DNA from: Sphyrna mokarran
Lineage: Eukaryota
Assembly (NCBI GenBank): GCA_024679065.1
Contig: JAGIQG010000009.1
Coordinates: forward strand, 91,698,001 to 91,762,000
Reading direction: 5' to 3'
Length of the DNA stretch: 64,000 nucleotides
Shown piece by piece: positions 25,762-38,092 of this stretch (its first letter is position 1; every line of letters begins with the position of its first letter). The notes under the pieces were generated by a model. It had not been told where the DNA came from. It worked only from the letters and a program-made list of their open reading frames with translations, and searched no databases. A program made the position numbers and the translations under genes.

Positions 25762-27309
25762 CTGAAACACATTTGAATAATATAAGGATTGTCTCTGTTC
25801 TCGGATCCATTCCCAGTTCTGTGTTCATTGGGGACAATTTGAACTGAAACCACCCCAGTCCAAATGGATTGGTTGAAGCTTTGCTTTTACACTGGCCCCA
25901 TGGTGGATAAGGGACTGTCTATGGACCTGCTCTGGATGGACTTCCAGAAGGTCATTGATAAAGTTCCACACAAGAGATTCTTGACAATAATCAGTGTTTG
26001 GAATTAGACAGAATCTTTGTCATGGGGTGAGAATTGGTTGGGAGGGAGGAGACAGGGAATGGAGAGAATGGGAATATGCTCCCACTGGCAAGATGTGATC
26101 AGTTGTACACCCCAGGGATCTGTGCTGGGGCTTCAGCTTTTCACTATTTATGTGAAAAACCTGCTTTGCCATTCATTTTGATCCTGGCTAATCATCAAAT
26201 TAAATATCCTGAACCCATATCCCTTTAGCCCCAAGAGTGATATCGAATTTAATCTTGAAATCACACAATGTCTTGGCTTCAACTACTTTCTGTGATAGTG
26301 AATTCCACACATTCACTATCCTCTTCATTTGTATTTATACTCTCATGAGATGAATAATTGTGGCTTTATCCTGAAAGCTAACAACAGTGATTCTCCCAAA
26401 TAAATTCTAACTGCTGAATTTGTCTGTGCAATGCAGAATGCCCTCACAAGATTCATGCTGAAAATCAGTGAGTGGGGGCTATTCCCTTTGGAGAGGCCAG
26501 TAGCACAGTGCTAAATGGTCCACTGCACTTGTGCATTGCTGGCTTGCCCTGTGACTCCTCATCGTTGCCCCTCTGACACCCCCATGATGATTGCTGGTTC
26601 CCAGGCCAGACCAATATCCGCCAGTCCCGATCTCCCCAACTCTACTACTCTCCACTTTCTGATAACCGGCCCCAATCACCCCATTATCTCCTCTCCTTTT
26701 GTCAACGATCCCAATGCAGAGAAGCAATGGGATGCCCCCACCTGTAGTGATCTCCCCCTCACAGGCTCCACCCCAGTAGGCCCTGTTCACAATAGGCTCC
26801 ACCAACTTGGCACTGCCTGATGCCCAGGAAGCAGTGCCAAGGTGCCCTTGGACATTGATACTTTACCCTTTGGCCAAACCCAGAAGACCAGGCTGGTAGT
26901 GCCAAGGGGAGATCTTGCTCTCCCTTACCTCCATCTTCTGGGTGGTTTCCATGGCATCTGTTCACCCCAGCCGGATCAGGCCTCCAGCTTTCCATTACTG
27001 GGGAGATATGAACGGGTCCAGAGACTTCAGTCCTGCTTCCGTTAATGGGATTCAAATGAGAATTTTAATGTTTAAAATTAACTCCCCACCAATTTCTGGT
27101 CAGAACTGACGACTCCAGAAAACTTGGCTATGGTTCTCAGAAGGGAGCTTGCTAAACAGCCTCTGCTGATGTCTCCTAGAATCCTACAGTGCAGAAGTAG
27201 GTTATTTGGCCCATCGAGTCTGCATTGACAACAAACCCTATCCCCAGAACTCCATGCGTTTATTCTAGCTAGTCCCCCTGACACTAAGGGGCAACTTAGC
27301 ATAACCAAT

Positions 27310-28981
27310 TTATTCACGCAGGGTGATGTAAATGTAGTTATGGAGAACACTGAGGTACAGGGTAGCAAACTGGAAGGTATCGAAGTAGATAGGGAGGATG
27401 TGCTAGATATTCTCGAGGGTTTGAAGTTGGATAAGTCCCCTGGGCCGGACGGGATTTACCCTAGGATTCTCTGGGAGGCAAGACAGGAGATTGCAGAGCC
27501 TCTGGCTCTGATCTTCAGGTCGTCGTTGGTTACGGGTGTGGTTCCGGAGGACTGGAGGATAGCGAATGTGGTCCCATTGTTCAAGAAGGGGAAGAGAGAC
27601 CTTCCAGGGAATTATAGGCCAGTGAGTCTTACTTCTGTTGTGGGCAAAGTATTGGAGAGAATTATTAGGGATAGGATTTATAGTTATTTAGAGAGAAATG
27701 AATTGATTGGGGATAGTCAGCATGGTTTTGTGAAGGGTAGGTCGTGCCTTACTAACCTCATTGAGTTTTTTGAAAAAGTGACCAAAGAGGTGGATGGGGG
27801 TAAGGCGGTTGATGTGGTATATATGGACTTTAGTAAGGCGTTTGATAAGGTGGCCCATGGAAGACTTCTGCAGAAAATGCAGATGTATGGGATAGAGGGT
27901 GATTTAGCTAATTGGGTTAGGAATTGGCTAGCAGATAGAAGACAGAGGGTGGTGGTTGATGGGAGATATTCATCGTGGAGTTCGGTGACAAGTGGTGTAC
28001 CTCAGGGGTCTGTTTTGGGGCCCCTGCTGTTTGTAATTTTTATAAATGATCTGGATGAGGGTATTGAAGGATGGATTAGTAAATTTGCAGATGACACTAA
28101 AGTCGGTGGAGTGGTAGATAGTGAAGAGGGGTGTTATAGTTTGCAGAGGGACTTGGACAAGTTGCAGAGCTGGGCCGAGAGGTGGCAAATGGAGTTTAAT
28201 GTGGAAAAGTGTGAGGTAATGCACTATGGCAGAAATAATAAATGTGTAGAGTATAGGGCAAATGGTAGGATTCTTAGTAGTCTAGATGAACAGAGGGATC
28301 TTGGTGTGTATGTGCATAGATCCCTGAAAGTAGGCAGTCAGGTCGAGAAGGTTGTTAGGAAGGCATATGGAGTCTTGGCTTTTATTGGTAGAGGGATTGA
28401 ATTTCGGAGCCGCAACGTCATGTTGCAACTGTACAAAACTCTAGTGCGGCCGCACTTGGAGTATTGTGTGCAGTTCTGGTCCCCACATTATAAGAAAGAT
28501 GTGGAGGCATTGGAGAGGGTACAGAGGAGGTTTACCAGGATGTTGCCTGGTATGGAGGGCAGGTCTTATGAGAGAGGCTGAGGGATTTGAGGTTGTTTTC
28601 GTTAGAAAGGAGGCGGCTAAGAGGGGACCTAATCGAAACATATAAGATGATTAGAGGTTTAGATAGGGTGGACAGTGATAGCCTTTTTCCTAGGATGGAG
28701 AAAGCTAGCACGAGGGGACACAGCTTTAAATTAAGGGGTGATAGTTATAGGACGGATATCAGAGGTAGGTTCTTTACCCAAAGGGTGGTTCGGGAGTGGA
28801 ATGCCCTGCCTGCAGCAGTTGTAGATGCGCCAAGTTTGGTGGCGTTTAAGAGGTTAGTTGATAAGTATATGGAAGAGAAGGGAATGGTTTAGTTTGGAGG
28901 GGCATTGCTTTTTATATTGGTCGGCGCAACATCGAAGGCCGAAGGGCCTGTTCTGTGCTGTAATGCTCTATGTTCTATGTT
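27310..28981 (+). mobile_element. Young 5'-truncated CR1 LINE (RT ORF 27340-28581, one frameshift, then 28587-28892)
   Basis: GVPQGSVLGP, FADDTK, RPHLEYCVQFWSP; ctatgtt tail; inserted into an antisense SINE with caat on both flanks. Confidence 0.97.
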
Positions 28982-29159
28982 CAATCCACCTAACCTCTTC
29001 ATTTCACTAATAAAGTTATAAAGTATTCTCTCTGAAAAGCTAGAAATAGGGCCATTTGTTTGTAAACATCCAATAGTTCCAGTGGAGATAGTTTGATGGC
29101 CTCACCAATTCCAGTAAAATATCCCTATTCCTGTACTCAAATCCTCTCACTATGAATGA

Positions 29160-29795
29160 CGACATACCACTGCCTGCTGTACCTGCACATTTACTTTCAG
29201 CAACTGATGCACAAGGAACCTAAGGTCTGAGTATCCATCTCTCTCTCAATTTACACCCATTCAAATAATAATCCACCTTCCTGTATTTGTTACCAAACTG
29301 GATGCCTCACATTTATCCACATTGTATTGTATCTGCCGTGTACTTGCTCACATACTCAGCCTGTCCAAATCACACTGAAGCATGTCTGCACTCTCCTCAC
29401 AACTCACCCTCACACCCAAACTTTGTATCGTCTGTATATCTGGGAAGATGTATTTAGTTCCCTCTTCAAAACCATTAATATATAATGTGAACAGTTGGGG
29501 TACTAGCTCAGATCCCTGCGGATCCCCACTAGTCACTGACCATCAATCAGCAAAAGACCCGTTTATTTCAACTGTTTGCTTCCTGTCTGCTAACCAGCTT
29601 TTCATTCATCGCCAGACATGACCTGTAATCCCATGCATATTAACTTTACATAGTAGTCTGTTATGTGAGATCTTGCCAACAGCCTTTTGAAGATCTAAAT
29701 AAACCACATCCACTGGTTCTCCTCAGTCAACTCTACCAGTTATATACTCAAAGAATTCCAACAGATTCGTCAAGCATGATTTCCCCTTTGCAAAT
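29160..29795 (-). mobile_element. Decayed CR1 RT fragment
   Basis: TSGDPQGSELVPQLF..LQCDLDRL. Confidence 0.8.
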
Positions 29796-30033
29796 CTCTC
29801 CCCAAAACTCTATACGTGCTGGGGGACAACTGATATTTTTCCAGATTGAAATGGTGAGATTTTTATTGGGATATGGAGCAATAGTGGGGAAATAGAGCAG
29901 AGGAACAGACCAGTCAGGATGTGAATGAATAGTGGAACACAATCAAGAGGCTGAATGGCTGGCTGCTGCTGCTAAACTTCACATGCACATATACACACCG
30001 CAGTAACCACAAAAGAATTTGACAGTTCCTTAC

Positions 30034-30312
30034 CCCACTGATAGAGCTTGGGCTCTGCTAGGCTGCTGTGTTCAATTTGACAGGAGTATTGATCCTCATC
30101 CCCAGCATTTATTTCAATCTCTTTCTGGATCTGATGGGTTCCATCGTGGTTCGGTCGAATCCCCGAGGATAGTGTCTCAGACATTACCTCTCCATTCCTT
30201 AGCCAGTTCACCTCGATGTCTACAGGATAAAAGCCAGTAACCAGGCAGGAGAGAGTGAGGGGCTTGTACTGACTATTGGGCTCACTTCTGGAGATGAAGA
30301 CTTCAGGCTGAA
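30034..30312 (-). CDS. Gene B alpha3 (Ig C1) exon
   Basis: 279 nt; 89/93 aa identical to gene A alpha3 by manual count. Confidence 0.97.
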
Positions 30313-30429
30313 CTGTAATGGGAAAGGGTGAAAACACAAACAATAAACCCACACTGAATGGAATGGGAGAACAGTTTGATAAATCAGTGAAGTTAGAGCA
30401 GAACATGGGCTCAAAACTGAAATCAATAC

Positions 30430-30705
30430 CTTTCCGTTCAAAATATTCTTTTCCAGCTTTGAAATATGTTTTTAAATTCTGGACACCTACTTCCTCTATA
30501 CTCCATTTCCAAAACTTGTTCCAGGATTGATCTGAATTCCATTTCTCTTTAGTCTTCACTGCGAAGTGATTGGATGCAACCCATCTCATTCTGTCTGGCT
30601 CTAAACTAATATAGTCCTTTCCATCAAATCCAAAACTCATTGATCTCTTAATGGAGCCGTCTTCAGTGACCTCCACAATCTGCATTGTTTGGAAAATGTG
30701 AATTC
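30430..30705 (-). CDS. Gene B alpha2 exon
   Basis: ctgacag|GAATTCAC...AAAG|gtattg, 276 nt; contains no cysteine. Confidence 0.96.
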
Positions 30706-33700
30706 CTGTCAGAGAGCAAATGATGATCAAATTTCAATGAAAAATTAGAAACATTGCTTAGTTAAACAATAAAGTGGAGAAACTATTTTGTGATAGAATT
30801 TTCAGCAAAACTGAAACCCCTGGAATAAAATAAGCAGCAACAGATCTTATTCCTTTGGTCATTAAAGAGAAGAATGCACCATGTGATCAGCTTGTTGGTA
30901 AAACTGAAACTCAGATTAAATAGGCAACAACTGGCTGGAAACTATATTGTTAAGAAATAGAAATGAGTCCTAAAAATAGAAGACAAATGAGATGGACCAT
31001 ACAAATCCTCAAACATACTGCACAATTCAATATGATCACGGCTGAGCTCTAATTCTCTGTCCTCTTCCATGGATATCCCTCGATTCCCAGAGGGATGAGG
31101 AATGTATCAATTCCAGACATAAACATACTCAATCATTGAACGTTCGCAACCTTCTTCGGTAGCAAGTTGCATAGATTCAGTGCCTTCTCACTTCGTTATA
31201 ATCTTTGACTGTGTCTTTGTGTTGTAGCTTCCCAAGCTACCAGGAAGAATCTCTCAGTGTCCACCTTGTCAAGCTCCTTCAGAGTCTTGCATGGTTTCAA
31301 GAACATTTCTTCCCATTCTTCTAAACCCCAGAAAATATAGATCATTTTTTGCTTCATTCTTTCATGGGATGTGAGCATCACTCATTTGGCCATTTATTGC
31401 CCATCCTTATTCACCCTCGAACTAAGTGATTTGCTAGACCATTTCAAAGGGTCAGTTCAGAGTCAAGCACATTACTGTTGTTCTGGAGTTACACATAGGC
31501 TAGACTGTGTAAGGATGACAGATTTCCTTCCCTGAAGGGTATATTGTAGCAAGAATTTGCTTTTTGATTTTAGAAGAATTTGGAGATGTAGGCTGGAATT
31601 TTGTCTCCTTGAGAGGAGGGGCTTTTCTGAAATCCATTGGCTTTGGTGGGAGAGAAAATTCCCACTGATGTTAAACTCTGCACGTGGAACCCAGCACTGC
31701 AGGCAGCACTCTGGGTCTGGTCTCTCTGAAGTACTGCACCATTGTTGAAATATTTCTTTATTTTTCTAAACCAATAAAAAGCAAGACAGCAATTACCTTC
31801 CTAACTGCTTGCTGCATGCTGACTTTCTGTAACACAAAATCTGAAATTAAAACAGAAAATACAGGAAATGTTTGGCAGCCAAGGCAGCATCTGTGAAGAG
31901 AAGGAGTGCAGGTTCACGGCAGTTCTGAAACACTGAATGAATTAATCAAGAAGTGCCAGAGTGAGAGGGGTCTTGTTAACCAGCTGGGGTCAGTTAGAGA
32001 TCCCAGGTGCCTCTTGTTGTGAAGGCTGCTGAAGTACAATCCAAGTCCACTGGCAGGCCTGGCCTTGGAATTGAGGCACCAGTGGAAGAGAAATAAGCTA
32101 ACTGAAGCCAGAGTCCAGCAGCTCTTGTGCTCAGCAGCGCCATAGGGAAGGCAGTGGCAGATGCAAGAAAAACATCAACTGGAGTTCCAGGATCACAGGA
32201 CTTATGCAGGATGTAGATCTGTGGTGGGCAATCTGAGACTCCAGGCCCACATGCAATCCCCCCGGCTTCTCAGTGCAGCTCGTGAGAATTTTGCAGACCG
32301 TTGCCACCTTTGTTTTTCTTTTATATTTGAGGTTGGTGACAGTTCTAATGACGCATAAATCATTAAGCATTTCTGTAACTCAATGTGAAATACCTATTTA
32401 ACCTTATTCATGGGGTTGTGCTTAGAGAACAGGACTGTCTTCAGCCTTGTGTCCCTCTTTCATCTGAGTGGCCATGTTTGCAACCCACTCACTATTCCCA
32501 GGTTCCCTATCACTGATGTAGAGTGCTGTAATGTTGGGTATTTTGATCAAGTACCAGTTCTTTATGAAAGAGACCCTCCGCACCACCCCCCCCACCCCCA
32601 CTCCTCCACTCCCACTACTCAGGAAGCTGCCCCAGGAAGTAACTCTGGGAGCCCCTGGAGAGGGTTGTGAACTGATGTCAGAGACCCACATGCCACAAAG
32701 TCTCTCCCACCCTCACAGTGAGGCCAAATAACTCTTTAAATGTACCATTTTCTACTGGTTCAGGAACATATGAATAGAACAAACATACAAGACTTGGCCT
32801 CAAGCCTGCTCTGTTATTCAATAAAACTGATCTGTTTTTGTTCCACGTTCTCATTCACCCCAATAATCTTTAATTCTCTTGCCTAACAAGAGTCTATCTA
32901 CGTCTGCCTTAAAAATATTCAATAACCCTGCCTCCAGCACCTTCTGAGGCAGAGTCCGAAAGTCACAAAACCCTCAGAAAATAAATTCTTCTCTTCACTT
33001 CTGTTCCGTAAGGATGACCTCGAATTTTAAAACAGGCCCTCTAATTCTGGAGTCACCCACAATGAGAAATATCCTTTCCTCATCTACCTTAAAATACTGC
33101 TCAGGATCTAACCTAATTCAAATCAAGTCACCCCTCACTCTCCTAAACTCTAGTGAAAACTAATTTAAGTGTAGGTAAAGAGCAATAGTTGAGAATCTGC
33201 TAAACAATCCCAACTAAGTGCATTGGGGTAATCTTGCCGTCAGAAAATTCTGATTATGAACTGCGCACTCATCATAAGGTTTGTATTGTATATCATATAG
33301 ATTATGGGCACATAAAACAAGGTAGAGTTTCTAAAGTGTCACAATATCCAGTAATTTTCAATGGTTAACCATAGATAACATTTATAAAGTTAACACACAT
33401 TTACACTTTCTATAATCACTATGTCAGTACAAATGATTAATCTGTCAGCAGGCACACAGTGTCTATTGTGTAATAGTGGAGAAGGCCAATCTCAACCCCA
33501 TATATATGAATATACATTGAGACATAACAAGAAGACAGCAGTGAACCAACAAGCTGCCCTTTCCTGAATCATCTCAACCTTCTCACCACATTCACAACAT
33601 CTTCATTCGTAAACCCATCTTCATCAATGTCAATACAACTTTGTACAGATCTCAGTTAGAATAGGGAGAAGGAACACAATCACCCTCCATGTCTCTCTGA

Positions 33701-33819
33701 TTCATGGTCCCACACACTGTACACCCCAAGGTCACAGTCTGCAGTCTAACTGTGGCTGGGTACCTGTCTGACACATTAAACAGGACAGTCAATGGGAGAG
33801 TGAACATCAGTGACCTTAC

Positions 33820-34080
33820 CGGATGTCTGGTTTGTAATCTTCATTATCGAATTCAGATTCTCTCTCGCCATGTCTGATTGATGGTTGCAGAGATCTGTGA
33901 GATGGTCCCAGAATTCCTCATCAATAAAGTCTGCTATGACTTGCAGTCTGGGGATAGTCCGTCGATTATTACTGTCATGATAATTAACTGGCACTCCATT
34001 AACTATCGTGACTTTTGTAACCTCAGGAAAATCTGAAATTCCAGAAACTGCCGTGTATATTGCAATCATTGAGTTAGTGC
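33820..34080 (-). CDS. Gene B alpha1 exon
   Basis: ttttacag|GCACTAAC...TCCG|gtaagg, 261 nt; STNSMIAIYTAVSG...FWDHLTDLC...NQTS. Confidence 0.95.
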
Positions 34081-35964
34081 CTGTAAAACAATTAAAGAGA
34101 GGCTCAAAAACATTTACACACTGCTACCAACAGGACGAGAGAGAACAGTGAAATTCCCTTTTCCTTTCCCAAACAGGAAGGTTTTCCTAAGACATGTAGA
34201 TGTATTTAAACTCCTTAGAGTGTGAACAGTTTGAAAAGCAGCAGCAAGCTCCCTGTGAATTTAAATATAGAAAGATGGTTGCACGATTAACCTTTCTCCT
34301 TGAAATCTAATGCCACAATATTCATCAACACACTACAGTTGAAGAGAATAGTGCACTTTTACTTTCAAGGACTTCCTGCAGATCATGAAGTTTGTCATCT
34401 CAGTACCAGGAGGCCATTATGCTGGATTTTGGTACTTAAGTGGTACAGCCTTTAAGACCTAATAACGTCATAGCCTCCAGAGCTAAAGACATTGATGACA
34501 TTTTCCTTTCTACCCTAGTCAGAATTTAAAGGTTAAAAAAAAAGACAAATACAGCTGCCTTACTATGTGACTTCTCCCATTCTGTCTTTGAAATTATGGT
34601 GGCATTAGACAGGTTAAACATCCTGATTTACTTTGAAACACATTCATCCTGAGGAAGTTAAGATGGTTACCTTCTTTGTTTGAAAAAAGAGCCCATCAAA
34701 TTGGGAATGTCCTATGATGGGCTCAGGTTTAGTTAACAGATTTTCACCTGGGATGTGACCTTTGTTCTATCAGACAGTCAGTTTCTAAATACAAGGACAG
34801 GTCACCTAACTTTGAGTGATTGATCACCTTTGGAACACTGTGCCCACGTTTTGAAGGGAAAAATCAACTCCTATGTATCCACATTTGAATGAAGTTTGTA
34901 TATTTAAAGTTAGGAATATAATGGGTGCAATTCTCTCCACAAAATTCAAAGTGTCGAATTTGTGTAAAAACTAGAGTAAATTGTGCTCATTTTTCCAGCA
35001 CGAGTTTCAAAAGGACTCTCCCACATGTTGTGCACTGCAGAGCGTAGGCGTGTAATTCGCAGAAAAAGCTGGGGCAGGGCCTACTCCCACTGGAGAAGCC
35101 GGCAGCATAGTGCTGAGTGGGCCACTACACATGCACCGATCTATCAGCACTGCCAGCCTTGTGATTGCTAGCCTGCCCCGTGACCCCCATCGCTGCCTCA
35201 CTGATCCCCCCATGACCCGTTCGCTGGCCCCCAAGACAAATCCGAGCCAGCTTCAATCTGATCTTCCCCTAGTGCCAAGCTGGCAATGCCCGGGGGCACC
35301 ACCCTTCCCTCTAATCTCGTGTTGCTAACTGCCCACAAGTGGGCAGCTGTTGTAAACCCTGATGGAATGAAACATTCCTAGCAAGCAGGGAGGAGGGGGA
35401 TGGTGAAAGAGATTAATAGGCCCACTAATTAGATGCAAATGCTAATTTAAATAAATTATACAGCTCCGTGCCGATTTCTGGCACGGAGCTGATGGCAGCA
35501 GAATGACCTCCGCTTGAATCTTCCAGCCCGCTGTGCTGAGAGAATGGCCCACAACATGTTTGTGCTGGGCTAACACACTCCCATTGTATAGAAAAATAAC
35601 TGGAATCTTGTTCACAATTCTTCCCCTTCTGGGAGAGAAACATGAAGACCTCATTCCTCAACTCTACACTCATTCAGGATTCCACACATTGATCTTACAA
35701 CAACTACAACAACTACACCTGACATCGTCTGCAACTGCCAATTTTTCAGTGCCAGGTTTCAGTTTCTCATCTTCCTTTTTGGTTGAGACATACTTAGGCA
35801 ATTTGGGCCTCGAGGTTTAGATCCAGGAAAGTTTTTGTTCAGGAATCTTGCATCTTCCCTTCTCTTTCTATTTTTAGCCTTGTTATGTGTGGTCGAATTT
35901 GGACTTGTGACAATTTATAAGAGTTTGGACAAATCGATACCAATATCCATATTCCACCAGACAT

Positions 35965-36797
35965 GTAGAACATAGAACATTACAGCGCAGAACAGGCCCT
36001 TCGGCCTTCGATGTTGCGCCGACCAATTATGAATAAAGCAATGACCCTCCAAACTAAACCATTCCCTTCTCTTCCATATACTTATCAACTAACCTCTTAA
36101 ACGCCGCCAAACTTGGTGCATCTACAACTGCCGCAGGCAGGGCATTCCACTCCCTAACCACCCTCTGGGTAAAGAACCTACCTCTGATATCCGTCCTATA
36201 ACTATCACCCCTTAATTTAAAGCTGTGTCCCCTCGTGCTAGCTTTCTCCATCCTAGGAAAAAGGCTATCACTGTCCACCCTATCTAAACCTCTAATCATC
36301 TTATATGTTTGGATAAGGTCTCCTCTCAGCTGCCTCCTTTCTAATGAAAACAACCTCAAATCCCTCAGCCTCTCCTCATAAGACCTGCCCTCCATACCAG
36401 GCAACATCCTGGTAAACCTCCTCTGTACCCTCTCCAATGCCTCCACATCTTTCTTATAATGTGGGGACCAGAACTGCACACAATACTCCAAGTGCGGCCG
36501 CACTAGAGTTTTGTACAGTTGCAACATGACGTTGCGGCTCCGAAATTCAATCCCCCTACCAATAAAAGCTAAGACTCCATATGCCTTCTTAACAACCTTA
36601 TCGACTTGATTGCCTACTTTCAGGGATCTATGCACATATACACCGAGATCCCTCTGTTCATCAACACTATTAAGAATCTTACCATTAGCCCTATACTCTA
36701 CACATTTGTTATTCCTGCCAAAGTGCATTACCTCACACTTTTCCACATTAAACTCCATTTGCCACCTCTCGGCCCAGCTCTGCAACTTGTCCAAGTC
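35965..36797 (-). mobile_element. Young CR1 LINE 3' fragment
   Basis: ORF 36054-36794 near-identical to the RT C-terminus of the 27-28 kb copy. Confidence 0.95.
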
Positions 36798-36829
36798 TCA
36801 ACAGACAGGACAGACAGGATCAAGAAAAT

Positions 36830-38092
36830 GCCAGTGAGGGTCCAAAGACACCTATATCAGTCTCTTAGTTATTGGCTATAACTCAGCCTTCAACACCATT
36901 ATTCCTATAAAACTCATCTCCAAACTCCATGACCTGGGCCTCAGCTCCTCCCCCTGGATCTTGAACTTCCTAACCTACAAATCACAATCAGTAAGGATTG
37001 GCAACAATACCTCCTCCACTATCATCCTCAACACTAGTACCCTACAAGGCTGTATTCTCAGCCCCTTACTATATTCCTTACACACCTATGACCGTGTGGC
37101 CAAATTCCTCTTCAGCTCAATTTTCAAGTTTGCTGGTGATACCACCAAGTGCTTAAAAGTTCTCTTTGTATAAAGTTTAATTGCACAATAAGCTGGTTAC
37201 CACAGCAGTGATATTTAGGATCGTTTTGATCTTAACCAATGAAGGTGTTGTCCTCTTGCCAGATAATGACTTGGCTGGAGGAAAGGTTTCTTTCTAGAAG
37301 ATTCCACATAGATGTTGCAACTGAGGGAAACAAGCGGGTTGGATCTCCAACAATGATGAGATAGTGTGCCAGAATGAGGTAATATTCTCTCCCTTAATGT
37401 CAGTAAAATGAAAGAGATTGTCATCAACTTCAGGAATGTAGAGCAGAACATGCCCCTGTCTACATCAATGGGATAAAGTAAAAAGGGTTGAGAGCTTCAA
37501 TTTTTTAGGGTCCATATCATAAACTTGTCCTGGTCCCCAAATGCCGGTATTATACCAACAAAGTCCACCAATATCGCTACTTTCTCAGAAGAGGAAGGAA
37601 ATTTGGCATGTCAGCTGTGGCTCTCACCAACTTTTACAGATGCACCATAGGAAGCATCCTTTCTAGTTGTATCACAGATTGGGATGGCTCCTACTCTGCC
37701 CAAGGAACGACAAAAGGTTGTGAATGTAGCCTAATCCATCACGCAAACCAGTTTCCCATCCATTAACTCTGTCTATGCTTCCTGCTGCCTCAGAAAAGCA
37801 GCCAGCATAATTAAAAAACACCATGCACCCCAGAATTCTCTCTTCCACCTTTTTCCATTAGATACAAAAGTCTGAGGTCATGTACCAACCGACACAAGAA
37901 CAGCTTCTTCCTGCTGCTGTCAGACTTTTGAATGGATTAACCTTGCATTAAGTTGATCTTTCTCTACACTACATTCTGCACTCTCTCATTTTCCTTCTCT
38001 ATGAATGGTATGCTTTTTTCTTGTACGCAAGAAACAACAATTTTCATGGTGTGCTAATACGTATGACAATAATAAATCAAATGTCAAATCAA
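36830..38092 (+). mobile_element. Decayed Rex1/Babar-like non-LTR element
   Basis: QSVRIGNNTSSTIILNT..QGCILSPLLYSLHT..IFKFAGDT; (aaatc)n tail. Confidence 0.7.

Noticed and set aside
27340-28892. Active or domesticated reverse transcriptase gene
   Set aside because: 5'-truncated, lacks the endonuclease, frameshifted near 28572; an ordinary CR1 copy
34250-35960. Possible decayed coding sequence or MITE-like element in gene B intron 1, with related GC-rich pieces near 24.4-24.7 kb and 26.4-26.9 kb
   Set aside because: No recognisable protein motif or clear termini by eye; needs a repeat-library search
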